From Iphione sp. A-MEVVRFRX5 (taxonomy: Eukaryota), in assembly GCA_976226885.1 (NCBI GenBank), contig OZ320322.1, forward strand, positions 47,244,001-47,308,000: a stretch of 64,000 nt of DNA, written 5' to 3'. The notes beneath the pieces are model-generated. The model did not search any database. It was not told the origin of the DNA and was given only the letters and a program-made list of their open reading frames with translations. Positions 62,245 to 64,000 of the stretch are shown here, one piece after another. The translations under genes and the position numbers were made by a program. Positions within the stretch are counted from its first letter, which is position 1, and each line of letters opens with the position of its first letter.

Positions 62245-64000
62245 TATTGGGGTATGATCGTACTTTGGCCTACATTTGTCCGCCTAAAGGTGGGGGCCGG
62301 GGGATGGGGGAGATTCCATCAACTCAAGAATGGGGCGAGGGGGCGGGTGGATGGGAGGGCCATCTGGATGCATGTAACCCCATGTTGCTAGGGTATGGTA
62401 TATGGGAGATAGGACAGAGCCTTGAGGCATTCCTTAACATTAACCAGGCCAGTTTGATGGTGCCTGGTCGGGCTGGTGTGGATTTATATAAGCACCGTGT
62501 GATACAGGCCGATAAGATGAATCCGTCTTCCTGGGTGATAGAGAATCCAACAACGCTCATTGCATAATTTGTTTATATGCACTAGGAGAAGTTAAGACTC
62601 CCAATTCTGTGTGTTTTGCTTTCTCTCTACAGTACTGGACAGTGAATGATTTGTATTTGATTATTTACATACACACATACGTGCGTGCGTGCACAAAGAC
62701 GCATCACACACATGTACAAGTGCAGATACATGTACATACATATGTAGTTTCAAAAAATCTAAAGCAGTCAACGCTGCCCTAGATCCTAGATCCAAAAAAA
62801 TACAGCGGTCATCATGTAACGTTGTACATACATGACTAATTACAAATATCAAAGGCCAAACTGAACATAGTCCTCCCATAGTCTGCTTGTGACATTGCAT
62901 GTAGAATAGTATGATATCACACGTAATTGTGTAGTATGATTAACTTCTTAGTACCATGAGGAGGAAATGCAGTACACCCACGAGGAAGAGACAGGCGTGA
63001 GTTGGTCCTACTCAAGTGTTCATGTATGTTATAAGTTAATAAGTTTTATAAGTAGGTGATGCAGTTCTTCCGCGAGGAAGTGTCTGGGATTGAACAGCGA
63101 TGTGTTCGCATCACTGAAGTCCCTGTAGATGTCATTATAAGTCATACAGCATTATTACCAGATAGTGTGGTACAACGCACGTACTGTTGAGTACTCATGT
63201 AAGTCACTCACTTCCTTCGGGCAGGTATTCATGAAGTGCTCGTGTTTGTCATATAAGGAAGTGGTTGTGAGATAATCAGTGTCAACGAAGTGCGTTATAC
63301 TCAATACAATGTAAGTCATTTAGGATTAGGAGCTGGCAGCTGTGGTCTGTGGTTTGGGTGTTTGGAGAAGAAACGTAGTTAGTTTGAAGGTCTCTCCGAT
63401 GACCTTGATCGGTTCCAGGGTCAGAGTATAACCGCCAGTTTGGCGTTTTATATAAGTGAAGCCCGGCAGTGCTGGATCACCACCCCGCCGTCGCCACTCT
63501 CATTTTAGTAAACGACAGCCATTAGTTTTCCCTAAGCTTTTAAGTGCCGAGCCTGTTTTTCATTGTGCGCATACTCGGGCAACTTAAATTAAGCCGTAAT
63601 CACAGGCACTCATTCCATTTCCTTGAAAGGTGAAATATTAGGTGGAAAGGCAGGCGCCCAGTTCTCCTGTCAGTCGTCGGTCTAGAAATATACAGGCAAT
63701 AATGGGCTCGATGCGGCCACAGGCTGTCCTATATATATACATATATATAAATATATACATGTATATATACTCTGTTGACTGTGCTGTCGATAGGCTACAG
63801 ATATTCCTGACTAAACGTTTTCCTGTCCGCGATAACCATGGGTCTGCGGATGAGTTGTCGACGGATGAGCTCTGCATGATCCGGAGTTCTTTTTTAGTCT
63901 CGTGATAAGGAAATGGCTGCCCAATTATCAGCCTACCGGCATCTCACTCACCCAAAGAACAACAAAACCTATGAGAGGAAAAGAGAGAGAGACAGAGACA

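Overview
Eukaryotic (animal) genomic DNA. TACATGTA-rich introns, GC-rich exons and microsatellites suggest an invertebrate, possibly an amphioxus-like cephalochordate (inference only). The window is dominated by one large + strand gene, a supervillin-like (SVIL, villin/gelsolin family) actin scaffold. I assembled 12 core coding exons from 11416 to 41133 with GT-AG boundaries and consistent intron phases (about 6.6 kb CDS, about 2200 aa, all low-complexity N-terminal region). Identity rests on repeated [KLS/T-x-x-x-K-x-x-LF] and [R-x-x-TQPVT-x-x-EV] modules that match human supervillin as I recall it. Neither the start-codon exon nor the C-terminal gelsolin repeats and villin headpiece could be found in the window. 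Additional long exons look like a cassette exon (35466-36407) and alternative first exons (43736-46227, 54556-54923, possibly ~17838-17927). Notable content: a 22-aa (66-nt) TSP repeat array, two SILK-type motif arrays, a candidate cell-cycle isoform with E2F/CHR-like upstream sites, a duplicated splice donor, two RFX X-boxes, several MITE-like elements, microsatellites and six N-gaps. No rRNA, tRNA, CRISPR array or intact transposase was seen.
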